Assembly (NCBI RefSeq): GCF_036365525.1
Contig: NC_090388.1
Location: 26,738,662-26,802,661, forward strand
Length of the DNA stretch: 64,000 nt
Direction: 5' to 3'
From: Heterodontus francisci
Taxonomy: Eukaryota
Shown: in pieces, positions 10,172 through 21,623 of the stretch
Numbering within the stretch: position 1 is the first letter of the stretch
Layout: every line of letters starts with the position of its first letter
Made by a program: the position numbers and the translations under genes
Notes under the pieces: generated by a model
Databases searched by the model: none
The model's input: only the letters and a program-made list of their open reading frames with translations
Told to the model about the DNA's origin: nothing

Positions 10172-13100
10172 ATTTATCCGTTTCATGGGATGTGGGCGTC
10201 GCTGGCCAGGCCAGCATTTATTGCCCATCCCTAATTGCCCACGAAAAGGTGGTGGTGAGTTGCCTTCTTGAACTGTTGCAGTCCATGTGGGGTAGGTACA
10301 CCCACAGTGCTGTTAGGAAGGGAGTTCCAGGATTTTGACCCAGCAACAGTTAAGGAATGGCGATATAGTTCCAAGTCAGGATGGTGTGTGACTTGGAGGG
10401 GAACTTGCAGTTGGTGTTGTTCCCATGCATCTGCTGCTCTTGTCCTTCTAGGCGGTAGAGGTTGTGGGTTTGGAAGGTGCTGCCTGAATAGCCTTGGTGC
10501 TTTGCTGCAGTGCATCTTGTAGATGGTACACACTGCTGCCACTGTGCGTCAGTGGTGGAGGGAGTGAAATGTTTGTGGATGGGGTGCCAATCAAGCTGGC
10601 TGCTATGTCCTGGATGGTGTCGAACTTCTTGAGTGTTATTGGAGCTGCACCCGTCCAGGGAAGTGGAGATTATTCCATCACACTCCAGACTTGCGCCTTA
10701 TAGATGGTGGACAGGCTTTGGCGAGTCAGCTGGTGAGTTATTTGCCGCAGCATTCCGAGCCTCTGGCCTGCTCTTGTAGCCACGGTATTTATATGGCTAC
10801 TCCAGCTCAGTTTCTGGTCAATGGCATCCCCCAGGATAGTGGGGGATTCAGCGATCGTAATGCCGTCAAATATCAAGAGGAGATGGTTAGATTCTCTCTT
10901 GTTGGAGATGATCATTGCCTGGCACGAGTGTTACTTGCCACTTATCAGCCCAAGCCTGGATATTGTCCAGGTCTTTCTACATTTCTACACAGACTGCTTC
11001 AGTATCTGAGGAGTCGCAAATGATGCTGAACATTGTGCAATCATCAGCGAACATCCCCACTTCTGACCTTATGATTGAAGGAAGGTCATTGATGTAGCAG
11101 CTGAAGATGGTTAGGCCTAGGATACTACCCTGAGGAACTCCTGCAGTGATGTCCTGGAACTGAGATGATTGACCTCCAACAACCACAACCATCTTCTTTT
11201 GTGCTAGGTATGATTCCAACCAGCGGAGAGTTTTCCCCGATTCTCATTGACTCCAGTTTTGCTAGGGCTCCTTGATGCCTAACTTGGTCAAATGCTGCCT
11301 TGATTTCAAGGGCTGTCAATCTAACCTCACCTCTGGAGTTTAGTTCTTTTGTCCATGTTTGAACCAAGGCAGTAATGACGTCAGGAGCTGAGTGGCCCTG
11401 GCGAAACCCAAATTGAGCGTCACTGAGCAGGTTATTGCTAAGCAAGTGCTGCTTGATAGCACTGTCAATGACATCTTCCATCACTTTACTGATGAGTAAG
11501 AGTAGACTGATGGGGCGGTAATTTGCGGGTTGGATTTGTCCTGCTTTTTATGCACAGGACATAGCTGGGCAATTTTCTACATTGCCAAATAGATGCCATT
11601 GTTGTAGCTGTACTGTTACAACTTGACTAGGGGCGTGGCAAGCTCTGGAGCACAGGTCTTCTGTACTATTGCCAGAATGTTGTCAGGGTCCATAGCCTTT
11701 GCAGTATCCAGTGCCTTCAATCGTTTATGATATCACGTGGAGTGAATCGAATTGGCTGAAGACTGGCATCTGTGATGCTGGGGACTTCAGGAGGAGGCCG
11801 AGATGGATCATCCACTTGGCACTTCTGGCTGAAGATTGTTGCAAGTGCTTCTGCGTTATCTTTTGCACTGATGTGCTGGGCTCCCCCATCATTGAGCATG
11901 GGGATATTTGTGGAGCCACCTCCTCCTGTTAGTTGTTTAATTGTCCACCACCATTCACGGCTGGATGTGGCAGGACTGCAGCTTGGATTTAATCCATTGG
12001 TTGTGGGATAGCTTAACTCGGTCTATCGCATACTGCTTATGCAGTTTGGCATGCAAGCAGTCCTGGGTTGTAGCTTCACCAGGTTGACACCTCATTTTGA
12101 GGTATGCCTGGTGCTGCTCCTGGCATGCCCTCCTGCACTCTTCATTGAACCAGGGTTGATCACCCAGCTCCATGGTAACGGTAGAGTGGGGGGTATGCCG
12201 GGCTGTGAGGTTACAGATTATGGTTGAGTACAATTCTGCCGCTGCTGATGGTCCACAGCGCCTCTTGGATACCCAGTTTTGCATTGATAGATCTGTTCGA
12301 AATCTGTCCCATTTAGCACGGTGGTAGTGCCACACAACACAATGGAGGGCATCCCACAACCAATGGATTAGATCCAAGCTCTGCGATTGAAGGCACTGGA
12401 TACTGCAAAGGCTATGGACCCTTACAACATTCTGGCAATAGTACTGAAGACCTGTGCTCCAGAGCTTGCCACACCCCTAGTCAAGCTGTAACAGTACAGC
12501 TATAACAATGGCATCTATTTGGCAATGTAGAAAATTGCCTCAACGTGAAGACAGGACTTCGTCTCTACAAGAACTGTGCGATGGTCACGCCCACCAATAT
12601 TGTCATGGACAGAAGCATCTGTAGCAGGTAAACTGGTGAGGATGAGGTCAAGTATGTTTTTCCCTCTTGTTGGTTCCTTCACCACCTGCCACAGAGCCAG
12701 TCTAGCAGCTATGTCCTTTGGGATACGGCCAGCTCAGTCAGTAGTGGTGCTACCAAGCCACTCTTGGTGATGGACATTGAAGTTCTCCACCCAGAGTACA
12801 TTCTGTGCCCTTGCCACCCTCAGTGCTTCCTCCAAGTGGTGTTCAACATGGAGGAGTACTGATTCATCAGCTGAGGGGGGAGGACAGTAGGTGGTAATCA
12901 GCAGGAGGTTTCCTTGCCCATGTTTGGCCTGAAGCCATGAGACATCATGGGGTCTGGAGTCGATGTTGAGGACTCCCAGGGCAACTCCCCCCTGACTGTA
13001 TACCACTGTGCCGCCACCTCTGCTGGGTCTGTCCTGCCGGTGGGACAGGACATGCCCAGGGATGGTGATGGTCATGTTTGGGACATTGTCAGGTATGATT

Positions 13101-13626
13101 CGGTGAGTATGACTATGTCAGGCTGTTGCATGACCAAGCTGTGGGACAGCTCTCCCAACTTTGGCACAAGCCCCCAGATGTTAGTAAGGAGGATTTTGCA
13201 GGGTTGACAAGGCTGAGTTTGCAGTGGTCGTTTCCGGTGTCTAGGTCGATGCTGGGTGGTCTGTTCAGTTTCATTCCTTATCAACTTTGTTACGGTTAGG
13301 TAGAACTGAGTGGCTTACTAGACCATTTCAGAGGGCATTTTAAGAATTGCTGTGGGTCTGGAGAGTCACATGTAGGTCAGACCAGGTAAGAACAGCAGAT
13401 TTCCTTCCCTAAAATGACATTAGTGAATCAGATGTATTTTTGCGACAATCGACAATGGTTTCATGCCCATCATTAGAATAGTTTTCTAATTCCATATTTT
13501 TTTTTAATAACTGAATTCAAATTCCACCTTCTGCCATGGTGGGATTCCAACCGATGACCCCAGAGGAATACCCTGGGTCTCTGGGTTACTAGTTCAGTGA
13601 CAATACCACAACATCACTGCCTCCTC
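10172..13626 (-). mobile_element. Near full-length, decayed, apparently single-ORF CR1-group LINE (APE endonuclease + RT) with a tRNA-like 5' head
   Basis: EN motifs LLTNIWGL...PDIVILTESYL and ENFNVHH. RT motifs QFGFRQGHS, GVPQGS, FADD. Same 3' tail as 8560-8612. A/B-box-like motifs at 13616-13605 and 13552-13541. Confidence 0.9.
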
Positions 13627-13629
13627 ACT

Positions 13630-14918
13630 GTGCATTGCCTAACTTACCCACTATGCACACAATTGTTCTCATGCATTAACAGTTCGTCATTCTTGTCAAT
13701 CTCTTGCATTGCACAGTCTTTCAATCATGCCAATCTCTTAACGGTGCGTGTGCACATTGCCGTTGGCTGTTTATCTGGGTGATTTTCCTTCTCTGGGAAG
13801 TGTCATTCCCATGTTATTTCTTGTTGCTGCGGTAAAAGTTGTTGTTCCATTTCCATTGTTGGGGTGCTGTGGACGTCTGGGACTGATGGTTGATCTGTGG
13901 TCTGTGCAAATGGTGAGTGTACATCTTCCTGATCAGCCGCCTGCCGTGATGGTATCTGGTCGTTCACTTCCACTGCGTACCAGCTAGGTGACAACTGCTC
14001 TACGCAGGTCCCAAGTTGCTACATGGGCTAACTCTTGTTGTGAGCATTAAAGGTTTGTACCCTGACTGGCTCTCCAATGCTCAATTCTGGTAATGGTTTG
14101 GCGGTTTTGTTCAAAATGACATTTGGCTTTCTGCCGTTTCACCTTGATTTTGTCACACACGCTTCTTACTACTTCTGGCTTCAGTAGCCTTTTTTGCAAT
14201 TGCAAGAGTAGTTTGGGTGCGGCATGACATTAGGCTTTGCACTGGACTACTTTCCATGCCTTCAGTAGGTGTGTTTCTCCACCTGGCGGCTGCCTTATAT
14301 ACATCTGTGCTGGATTTGCTTGATTTCTTTATGATTCCTTTGGCGATTTGCACTGCTGCCTTAACCTTTCCATTTGACCGGGGATAGTGTGGAGATGAAG
14401 TAGGGTGTTGAATTTCCTAATCCTTTATAAAGCAGCTGAAGTCTTCACCGTGAACCGAGGGCCATTGACGCTCATCACAATGTCTGGAATGCCGTAACGA
14501 CCAGTGTGTGCTTTCGGGTATTCTACAATCTCACCAGTAGTTGTTAGTCAGCTGGTCTACCTCCCAGTAGTCAGAATAGTAGTGTACAGTGACACGATAA
14601 TCAGTTCCTGCGAGAGTGAAGAGTCTACTCCCAGCTTCATCCATGATCTGTCTGGGATGTCATGTGTCATCAGCAGCTCTTTAGCTTACCTATCTTGGTA
14701 TTCGTTACACACACTGCACTAGCTGATGTGGTCCTTGATTTCATTGCTCATGTTTGGCCAGTAGAGCACTTCTCTTGCCTTCCTCAGACTTGACTGCTGG
14801 CTTGCATGGATGCACTTTAGCCTCTCTCCTCTTAACTCCTTCGGGATAATGACTCGATTTCCTTTGTACACAGTGCCATCTTGGGCTGTCAATTCATCTC
14901 TGTAAGCCCCCAAATTTC
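13630..14918 (-). pseudogene. Decayed Gypsy/Ty3 pol (integrase zinc-binding and core region)
   Basis: YRDELTAQDGTVYKGNRVIIP...IH...REVLYWPNM...CSVC (HHCC-type region), then WRNTP...SPVQSLM. Stops and frameshifts present. Confidence 0.85.
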
Positions 14919-15850
14919 TGTTATGACCAGATGAGGAAGGGGTCTCTGGTTTCCCTCTTGCCCTTTTCCTAGTTTGGCCCTAACAGGGTTTAAATTTTAA
15001 AACAATGTTTTTTGCTTCCCCTCAGTGAGTCCTTGGTCACTGTTCTCGAATTGTAATTGTAAAGGAATCAACCAGATAGGTTTTCTCACGTTTAAACAAG
15101 AAAGGTGTAAGTTTATTAACCTTAAAACGCTAGCATAGTTAAAACTACTAAAAATATGTGATGCAACCACCCTAGCATGCATACACGTTAAACACACACA
15201 AATAGATACAGAGGAGGAGAAAGAATTAAAGGGGGAAGGTTTGAAGTAGTAAATGGAATTCAGTTACTGGTTTTGGGTTGGATGTAAAGTCTTTGATTTA
15301 AGTTAAGTCTTGCAGTTCTCGTTGGGGCCCAGTGCACACTTTCAAACTTGTTTTGCTGGAACCAGAAGGCTGCAGGAGTCTTCTCTCTTGAGGCCTAAGT
15401 TACTTCCGTGGGTCCCTGGAACTTTGCGCGCGCGAGAGAGAGAGACTTTGCTTCTCTTTGGTCTTCAAAATTGCAGCCTGCCTCAAATCTTTACTATGAT
15501 GCACAATTCAATCAATTTCCAGCTTGGCCAGTAGGTTAGCCATGTGACTAGCTATTTGTTTGAAACAGCATTGCCTCCGAGGTTTGTGGATTCTTCAAAG
15601 CTTACTAGACACACTCGGGGGGTGGGGGGGGTGGGGTTTGTGGGGGGCGGGGGGTGGCAATGGAGTGCTGGCTATGAGACAATGACTCTTAATGTCTTTT
15701 GATCATCACTATTGACAGAACCCATCGAGCTAATTGAATCAGGGAGCACTCCCATTGTCTCTCTAGGCAACTGTCTCTTAGAATGCAAATGTGCAGCCAT
15801 GTTTTCAGCCACTGCCCTGTGGTCTTTTTAAACAAGTTATGTTGAAGGTC
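14919..15850 (-). mobile_element. LTR copy (5'-truncated), inverted relative to 15851-16963
   Basis: Reverse complement aligns with ~16047-16963. Terminus tgttatgacc (rc ...TAACA). Confidence 0.85.
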
Positions 15851-16963
15851 TGTAACAATTTTAAGATTTCTGAATGAATGAGAATGAATCAGAAAAATGT
15901 ACTTTCTCTTCCTTCTACTTTATCATGAAATGTTCTCCCAAATGTTGCATTTCATTCAGCCGGAGGTGGAGGTGTGACGGAAACCACACCTGCCAAATGG
16001 AAACATATTCATTTCGACATATGGAACACTATTTGAACTGTTACTGGACCTTGAACATAACTTGTTTAAAAAGACCACAGGGCAGTGGCTGAGAACGTGT
16101 TTAAAAAGACCACAGGGCAGTGGCTGAGAACGTGTTTAAAAAGACCACAGGGCAGTGGCTGAGAACATGGCAGCACATTTGCATTCTGAGAGACAGTTGC
16201 CGAGAGAGACAGTGGGAGTGCTCCCTAATTCAATTAGCCAGATGGGTTTTGTCAATAGTGATGATCAAAAGACATTGAGAGTCATTGTCTCAAAGCCAGC
16301 ATTCCACCGCCCCGCTCCCTCTCACCCAAGTGTGCCTTGTAAGCTATGAAGAATCCACAAACCTCATGGGCAATGCTGTTTCAAGCAAAGAGCACATGGC
16401 TAACCTGCTGGCCAAGCTAGAAATTGATTGAATTGTGCATCACAGTAAAGTTTTGAGGTAGACTGCAATTTTGAAGACTAAAGAGAAGCAAGATCTCTCT
16501 TTCTCTCATGCCTGCAGCGTCCTGGTTCCAGCATAATAAGTTTGAAAGTGTGCACTGGGCCCCAACAAGAACTGCAAGACTTAACTTCAATCAAAGACTT
16601 TACATCCAACCCAAAACCAGGAACTAAATTCCATCAACTACTTCAAACCTTCCCCTTTTAATTCTTTTTCTTCCTCTGTATCTATTTGTGTGTTTATCTC
16701 ATATGTATGCGAGGGTGGTTGCATCACAGATTTTTAGTAGTTTTAACTGAGTTAGAGCTTTAAGGTTAATAAATTTACTCCTTTCTTGTTTAAACCTGAG
16801 AAAACCTATCTGGTTGATTCTTTTACAATTAGAGAGCAGTGACCAAGGACTCACTGAGGGGAAGCTAAAAACAGCGTGTTTTAAAAGTTAAACCCTGTTA
16901 CTGCCAAACCCAGGAAAAGGGTGTGATGGGAGCCTGAGACCCCTTCCTCATCTGTTAGTAACA
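15851..16963 (+). mobile_element. Solo LTR (Gypsy-like)
   Basis: TGTAACA...GTAACA termini. Homologous to 14919-15850 and 19662-20808. Confidence 0.85.
16063..16167 (+). repeat. 3 x 35-bp tandem repeat tgtttaaaaagaccacagggcagtggctgagaac(g/a)
   Basis: Directly visible. The unit is single-copy in the sister LTRs. Confidence 0.95.
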
Positions 16964-17429
16964 TGAGCATAAGAGGTTGCTGGGATGAGATGTGAGGAGC
17001 GAAGGAATTGAAACAGTTCCAATGAATTGAACAATGAGAGCAAAGGCATGGAGGAGTCTGTGGTGCAGTTTTATTCCATTACGAAAAGTTCCTGGAATGT
17101 TTTTTTTGCTGCAACAAGTGATATAGTGGATACTACTGTTGGGGGTTAGCCTATTAATCAATCTGTGCTGATGAGAACCCTTGTTGAACAATTGCGACAT
17201 AATCATTGCAAATATAGCCATTAATTACCAGGAAATATTGTCAGTACAAATTAACACCAACATATCGTCTTTCCAGGATTACTGGAGAAAGGGGCTGAAA
17301 TCCCCCCAAAACCTGTCTCCCTTCCCCCCCCCCCCCCCCCAATCACTGTTCACAGGGTTTGCTGAGTGATACATTTGAGTTTTAAAAAAATAAACTTTAA
17401 CATATAAATGTTAAAGAGAAAATGAAGAA

Positions 17430-17760
17430 GTGGCCACACGCCGTGAGTGGAAGCGGCGAACAGGCGCTTATTCCAGGGATTTCAAGCTGCTTTCAGCGGG
17501 TGGAATCGGCTCAGAGACACCGCCACCCCCGGGGGGTTGAAGGTCCCGTCCGCTCCTCCCAACACCCCCATCCCCTGAGACATGAAGGCTTCAGTTTACC
17601 TCTCAGGCCCGCCTGCCGCCCCGCTTCAGCCTCCGCTGCCACATCCAGTCACCACAAACCCGTCACCATGGCAGCGCCGCCAGCCCGGCGAAGCGTGGGC
17701 AACAACGACGTGCTCGCTCCCGCGCGCCCACTTCCGCGACGGGCGCGCCCCCGCGGCTTG
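17430..17760 (-). promoter_or_regulatory. CpG island, probable LRRIQ1 promoter with RFX X-box (17662-17675) and non-coding exon 1 donor at 17600|17599
   Basis: The most CpG-dense non-TE stretch in the window. GTCACCATGGCAGC resembles the X-box GTTRCCATGGYAAC. Minus-strand donor GAG|GTAAAC. Confidence 0.7.
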
Positions 17761-17889
17761 CTACTTTAAAAATTTGCATAAATGGTAATTTCTCAAATTG
17801 CCTCGGAATTTCATGGTTTGCTATAATAGCCTTTCCAAAAGTCAAACCAACATTCCTCATCATTTTCAGGTGCCAGTCGACTGGCACTG

Positions 17890-19490
17890 TCCTTTGCCAA
17901 CATTGAAGCCCATGGGCAGTAAGGACAGAAAGCAGAAAGTAGTAGTGAAGGACTGTTTTTCCAGACTGGAGGGAAGCAAAACCTTTGACAAGGTCCCACA
18001 TGGGAGACTTATCAAGAAAGCAAATGCACATGGGATACAGGGTAACTTGATAAGGTGGATTCAAAATTAGCTTAGCTGTAGGAGACAGAGAGGGATGACA
18101 GACGGCTGTTTTAGTGACTGGAAGCCAGTGTCCAGTGGCGTACCACAGGGATCTGTGCTGGGTCCCCTATTGTTTGTCATTTATATAAACGACATAGATG
18201 ACTATGTGGGGGGTAGGATCAGTAAGTTCGCGGATGACACAAAGATTGGCCGAGTGGTTAACAGTGAGGTGGAGTGTCTTAGGTTACAGGAAGATATAGA
18301 CGGGATGGTCAAATGGGCAGAAAAGTGGCAGATGGAATTTAACCCTGAAAAGTGTGAGGTGATACACTTTGGAAGGAGTAATGTGACACTGAAGTATTCA
18401 ATGAATGGCCTGACACTGGGAAGTTCGGAGGAACAAAGGGACCTTGGCGTGTTTGTCCATAGATCTCTGAAGGCAGAAGGGCAGGTTAATAGAACTTTGG
18501 TAAGGACACAGCTGGAGTACTGTGTGCAATTCTGGTCGCCACATTATCGGAAGGATGTGATTGCATTGGAGGGGGTGCAGAGACGATTCACCAGGATGTT
18601 GCCTGGGATGGAACATTTAAGCTATGAAGAGAGGTTGGATAGGCTTGGGTTATTTTCGCTGGAGCAGAGAAGACTGAGGGGTGACCTGATCGAGGTGTAC
18701 AAGATTATGAGGGGCGTGGACAGGGTGCATAGGGAGCAGCTGTTCCCCTTAGTTGAAGGGTCAGTTACGAGGGGTCACAAGTTTAAGGTGAGGGGCGGGA
18801 GGTTTAAGGGGGATTTGAGGAAGAACTTTTTTACCCAGAGGGTGGTGACGGTCTGGAATGCCCTGCCTGGGAGGGTGGTAGAGGCGGGTTGCCTCACATC
18901 CTTTAAAAAGTACCAGGATGAGCACTTGGCACGTCATAACATTCAAGGCTATGGGCCAAGTGCTGGCAAATGGGATTAGGTAGACAGGTCAGGTGTCTTT
19001 AATGCATCGGTGCAGACTCGATGGGCCAAAGGGCCTCTTCTGCACTGTATTATTCTGTGATTCTGTGTACATGGGACCCTCAGGGGTTGGCATTAGAACA
19101 TTGCTTTCTTTGTATATACTAATGACCTTGACTTAAGTATATAGGGCATAATTTCAAAGTTTGCAGATGTCACGAAACTCAAAAATGAGGTAAACAATGA
19201 GGAGGATAGTAACAGACTTCAGGAGGAGCTTGATTGGTAAAATGGGCAGGCATGTGACAAATGAAATTTAACACAGAGAAGTGTGGAGTAATTTTGTTTT
19301 GATGAGGAGAGGCAATACAAACTAAATGGTATAATTTTATTTATGGGAGTGCAAAAATAGTCTTTGAAGGTGGCAGGCCAAGTTGAGAAGGCTGCTAAAA
19401 AGGCATACAAGATCCTTGGCTTTATAAATAAAAGCATAGAGTACAAAAGCAAGGAAGTTATGCTAAACCTTTATAAAACACTCGTTTGTG
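17890..19490 (+). mobile_element. Older decayed CR1 fragment interrupted by a younger CR1
   Basis: RT remnants at 17890-17972 and 19048-19490 (KVAGQVEKAAKKAYKILGFINKSIEYKSKEVMLNLYKTLV). Confidence 0.7.
17972..19047 (+). mobile_element. Young 5'-truncated CR1/HER1 LINE with 294-aa RT C-terminal ORF (18095-18979)
   Basis: [27 protein letters not shown] and [12 protein letters not shown] motifs. An in-frame internal deletion between VNR and TLVR is inferred from the other copies. CpGs largely retained. Confidence 0.92.
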
Positions 19491-19661
19491 CAAACCTCAA
19501 ACTTCCCCAAAAATCACATATTTATTGGGATGCCCATTCCCAATGTATTACAAGCTGATAGTGAAGAAACCTTAAACCCCTTGGGCAGCACATAACTATC
19601 TCAGACCTACTTCAAGCAAAAGGGGCTGTTTAAATCAGCACTACTACAAAGGAAAGACAAC

Positions 19662-20808
19662 AGAAACAATTTTAACATTTCTGAATAAATGAGAATAAAT
19701 GAGAGGAATGCATGTGTGCTTTCCTGTATTTTCTCTTCCTTCTAATTTATAATGAAATGCTCCCCTAATGTCACATTTCATTCAGCGAGAGGTGGAGGTG
19801 TGATGGATACCAAACCTGCCAAATGGAAACATATTAATTTTGTCATATGGGACACTAATTGAACCTTTTTGTTTACTGGACATTGCACATAACTGGTTTA
19901 AAAAGACCACAGAGTTGAACAGCTGAAAACATGGTTGCACATTTGCATTCTGAGAGATATTGAATAGAGAGACAACGGGAGTGTTCACTGATTTAAGTCT
20001 GGGAAATCATGATACTCAACATTCTTTGTGTAAAAGCCTGAACTTCACACCCCACCGAGTGTGACTGGAGAACTTAGAGAATCAACAACCCTCATAGAAG
20101 ATGCTTTTTTAAATAAAGAGATGGTCACATGACTTATCTGCTGGCCAGACTGGAGACTGTTTGATTTTTGCCTCACAGTAAGGTGTTTTTTTAGGAGTCT
20201 GCAAGTTGAGAACCAAGGAGGAAGGTCTCCACTCTCTCTATCTCTGTCTCCAGCAAAGTCCCAGGAAAACCATGGTGGCAGTGTAAGCCTCAAGACTACA
20301 GGACCTTACAGGCGACCACCGAGAAGACAATTGAAACCTCTCATCAGCCTTCTGGTACCACAGAAGCAAGTCTGAAAGTGTGCACTGGGCCCCAGCGAGA
20401 ACTCCAAGACTGCAATTTCAACCAAGGAATTTACAGCAAAACAAAAGACAACAACTGAATTCCATTTACTGCCAACCCTACTTCAACCCCCCCTTAATTC
20501 TTTCTCCCCCTCTGCATCTATTTGTGTGTGTGTTTATCTCATATGCATGCTAGCATGTTGCGTCGCATATTTTAATAATTTCAACCGTGTTAGAGTGATA
20601 AGGCTAATAAACTTACATCTTTCTTGTTTAAACCTAAGCAAATCTATCTGGTTGGTTCATTTGCAATTACAATTAGAGAGCAGTGAGCAAGGCCTCACTG
20701 AGGTATTAAGCTAAAAATACCGGGGTTTAAAAGATAAACCTTGTTACAGCCAAACCAGGAAAAGGGCAAGAGGGGAGCCTGATATCTCTTCTTCACCCGG
20801 TCACAACA
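19662..20808 (+). mobile_element. Solo LTR, same family as 15851-16963
   Basis: Colinear similarity (aacaattttaa..gtgtgcactgggccc..aaaccaggaaaaggg). Ends cacAACA. Confidence 0.8.
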
Positions 20809-21427
20809 ATATGTATTAATACATAGAGAAGATGTGCTGTTACTCTGAAAATGTAAAACAAGAGTTCAGTGCAGTTCAGATCTCTTGATTTAGTTGTCAT
20901 CTGAATGCTTTCCATGTGTTACACTCTAACTTGTATGTTAAATGACCCTTGTTGCCTTGATCTGAGGATTTTCAGCAGTCTCTATAATTCCTGGACAGCA
21001 AGAAACAGCCACTCTGTACTAACAGTACCATGATGTCTCCTGAGGCAGATTCATGCTGCAGCAGATGGAATCTATGAAGCAAATAGAGAATATGGAGATG
21101 TAATTATTTACAAAAATGAAAAACTGAAAAGGAAATATTTTTGTAAAGTCTCCCTTCATTTTGAAAAATACTAGTGGATGTTTCAAACTATGCAGAGTAT
21201 AGATTTATTTATTTATTTATAAAGATCGTCCTATTGCAATACCATAATACATTGCTTTTATGCATGGTGTAAGTTCATGTTAAAATAAATGTACAATTTT
21301 GTTCAACACATTGTTCAATGAAATGAGGTTCCTAAACCAAGTAAATATGCAGCTTAAAACTGAAATATGCAAAGTTGTGACTTTACAAAGAGTTAGTACA
21401 GGATTCTTAAGTGTATTCATTTATAAT

Positions 21428-21623
21428 AAAAGCAAAATTCTTCGGATGCTGGAAATCTGAAATAAAAACAAGAAATGCTGGAACCACTCAGCAGGTCTGG
21501 CAGCATCTGTGGAAAGAGAAGCAGAGTTAACGTTTCGAAGAAGGGTCAGTGACCCGAAACGTTAACTCTGCTTCTCTTTCCACAGAAGCTGCCAGACCTG
21601 CTATGTGGTTCCAGCATTTCTTA
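21428..21623. mobile_element. Penelope terminal fragment forming a fold-back, with 14-bp TSD
   Basis: Arms 21470-21537 and 21555-21622 are reverse complements (65/68). TSD tattcatttataat at 21414-21427 and 21624-21637. Sequence matches 50396-50490. Confidence 0.9.

Noticed and set aside
16063-16167. CRISPR-like 35-bp repeats
   Set aside because: Contiguous tandem copies with no spacers, inside a eukaryotic LTR, and no cas genes.
17422-17788. ORFs across the CpG island
   Set aside because: Open because of high GC content and resemble no protein. Better explained as promoter and non-coding exon.
18095-18979. Functional 294-aa reverse transcriptase gene
   Set aside because: 5'-truncated CR1 lacking the EN and RT N-terminus, with an internal deletion.
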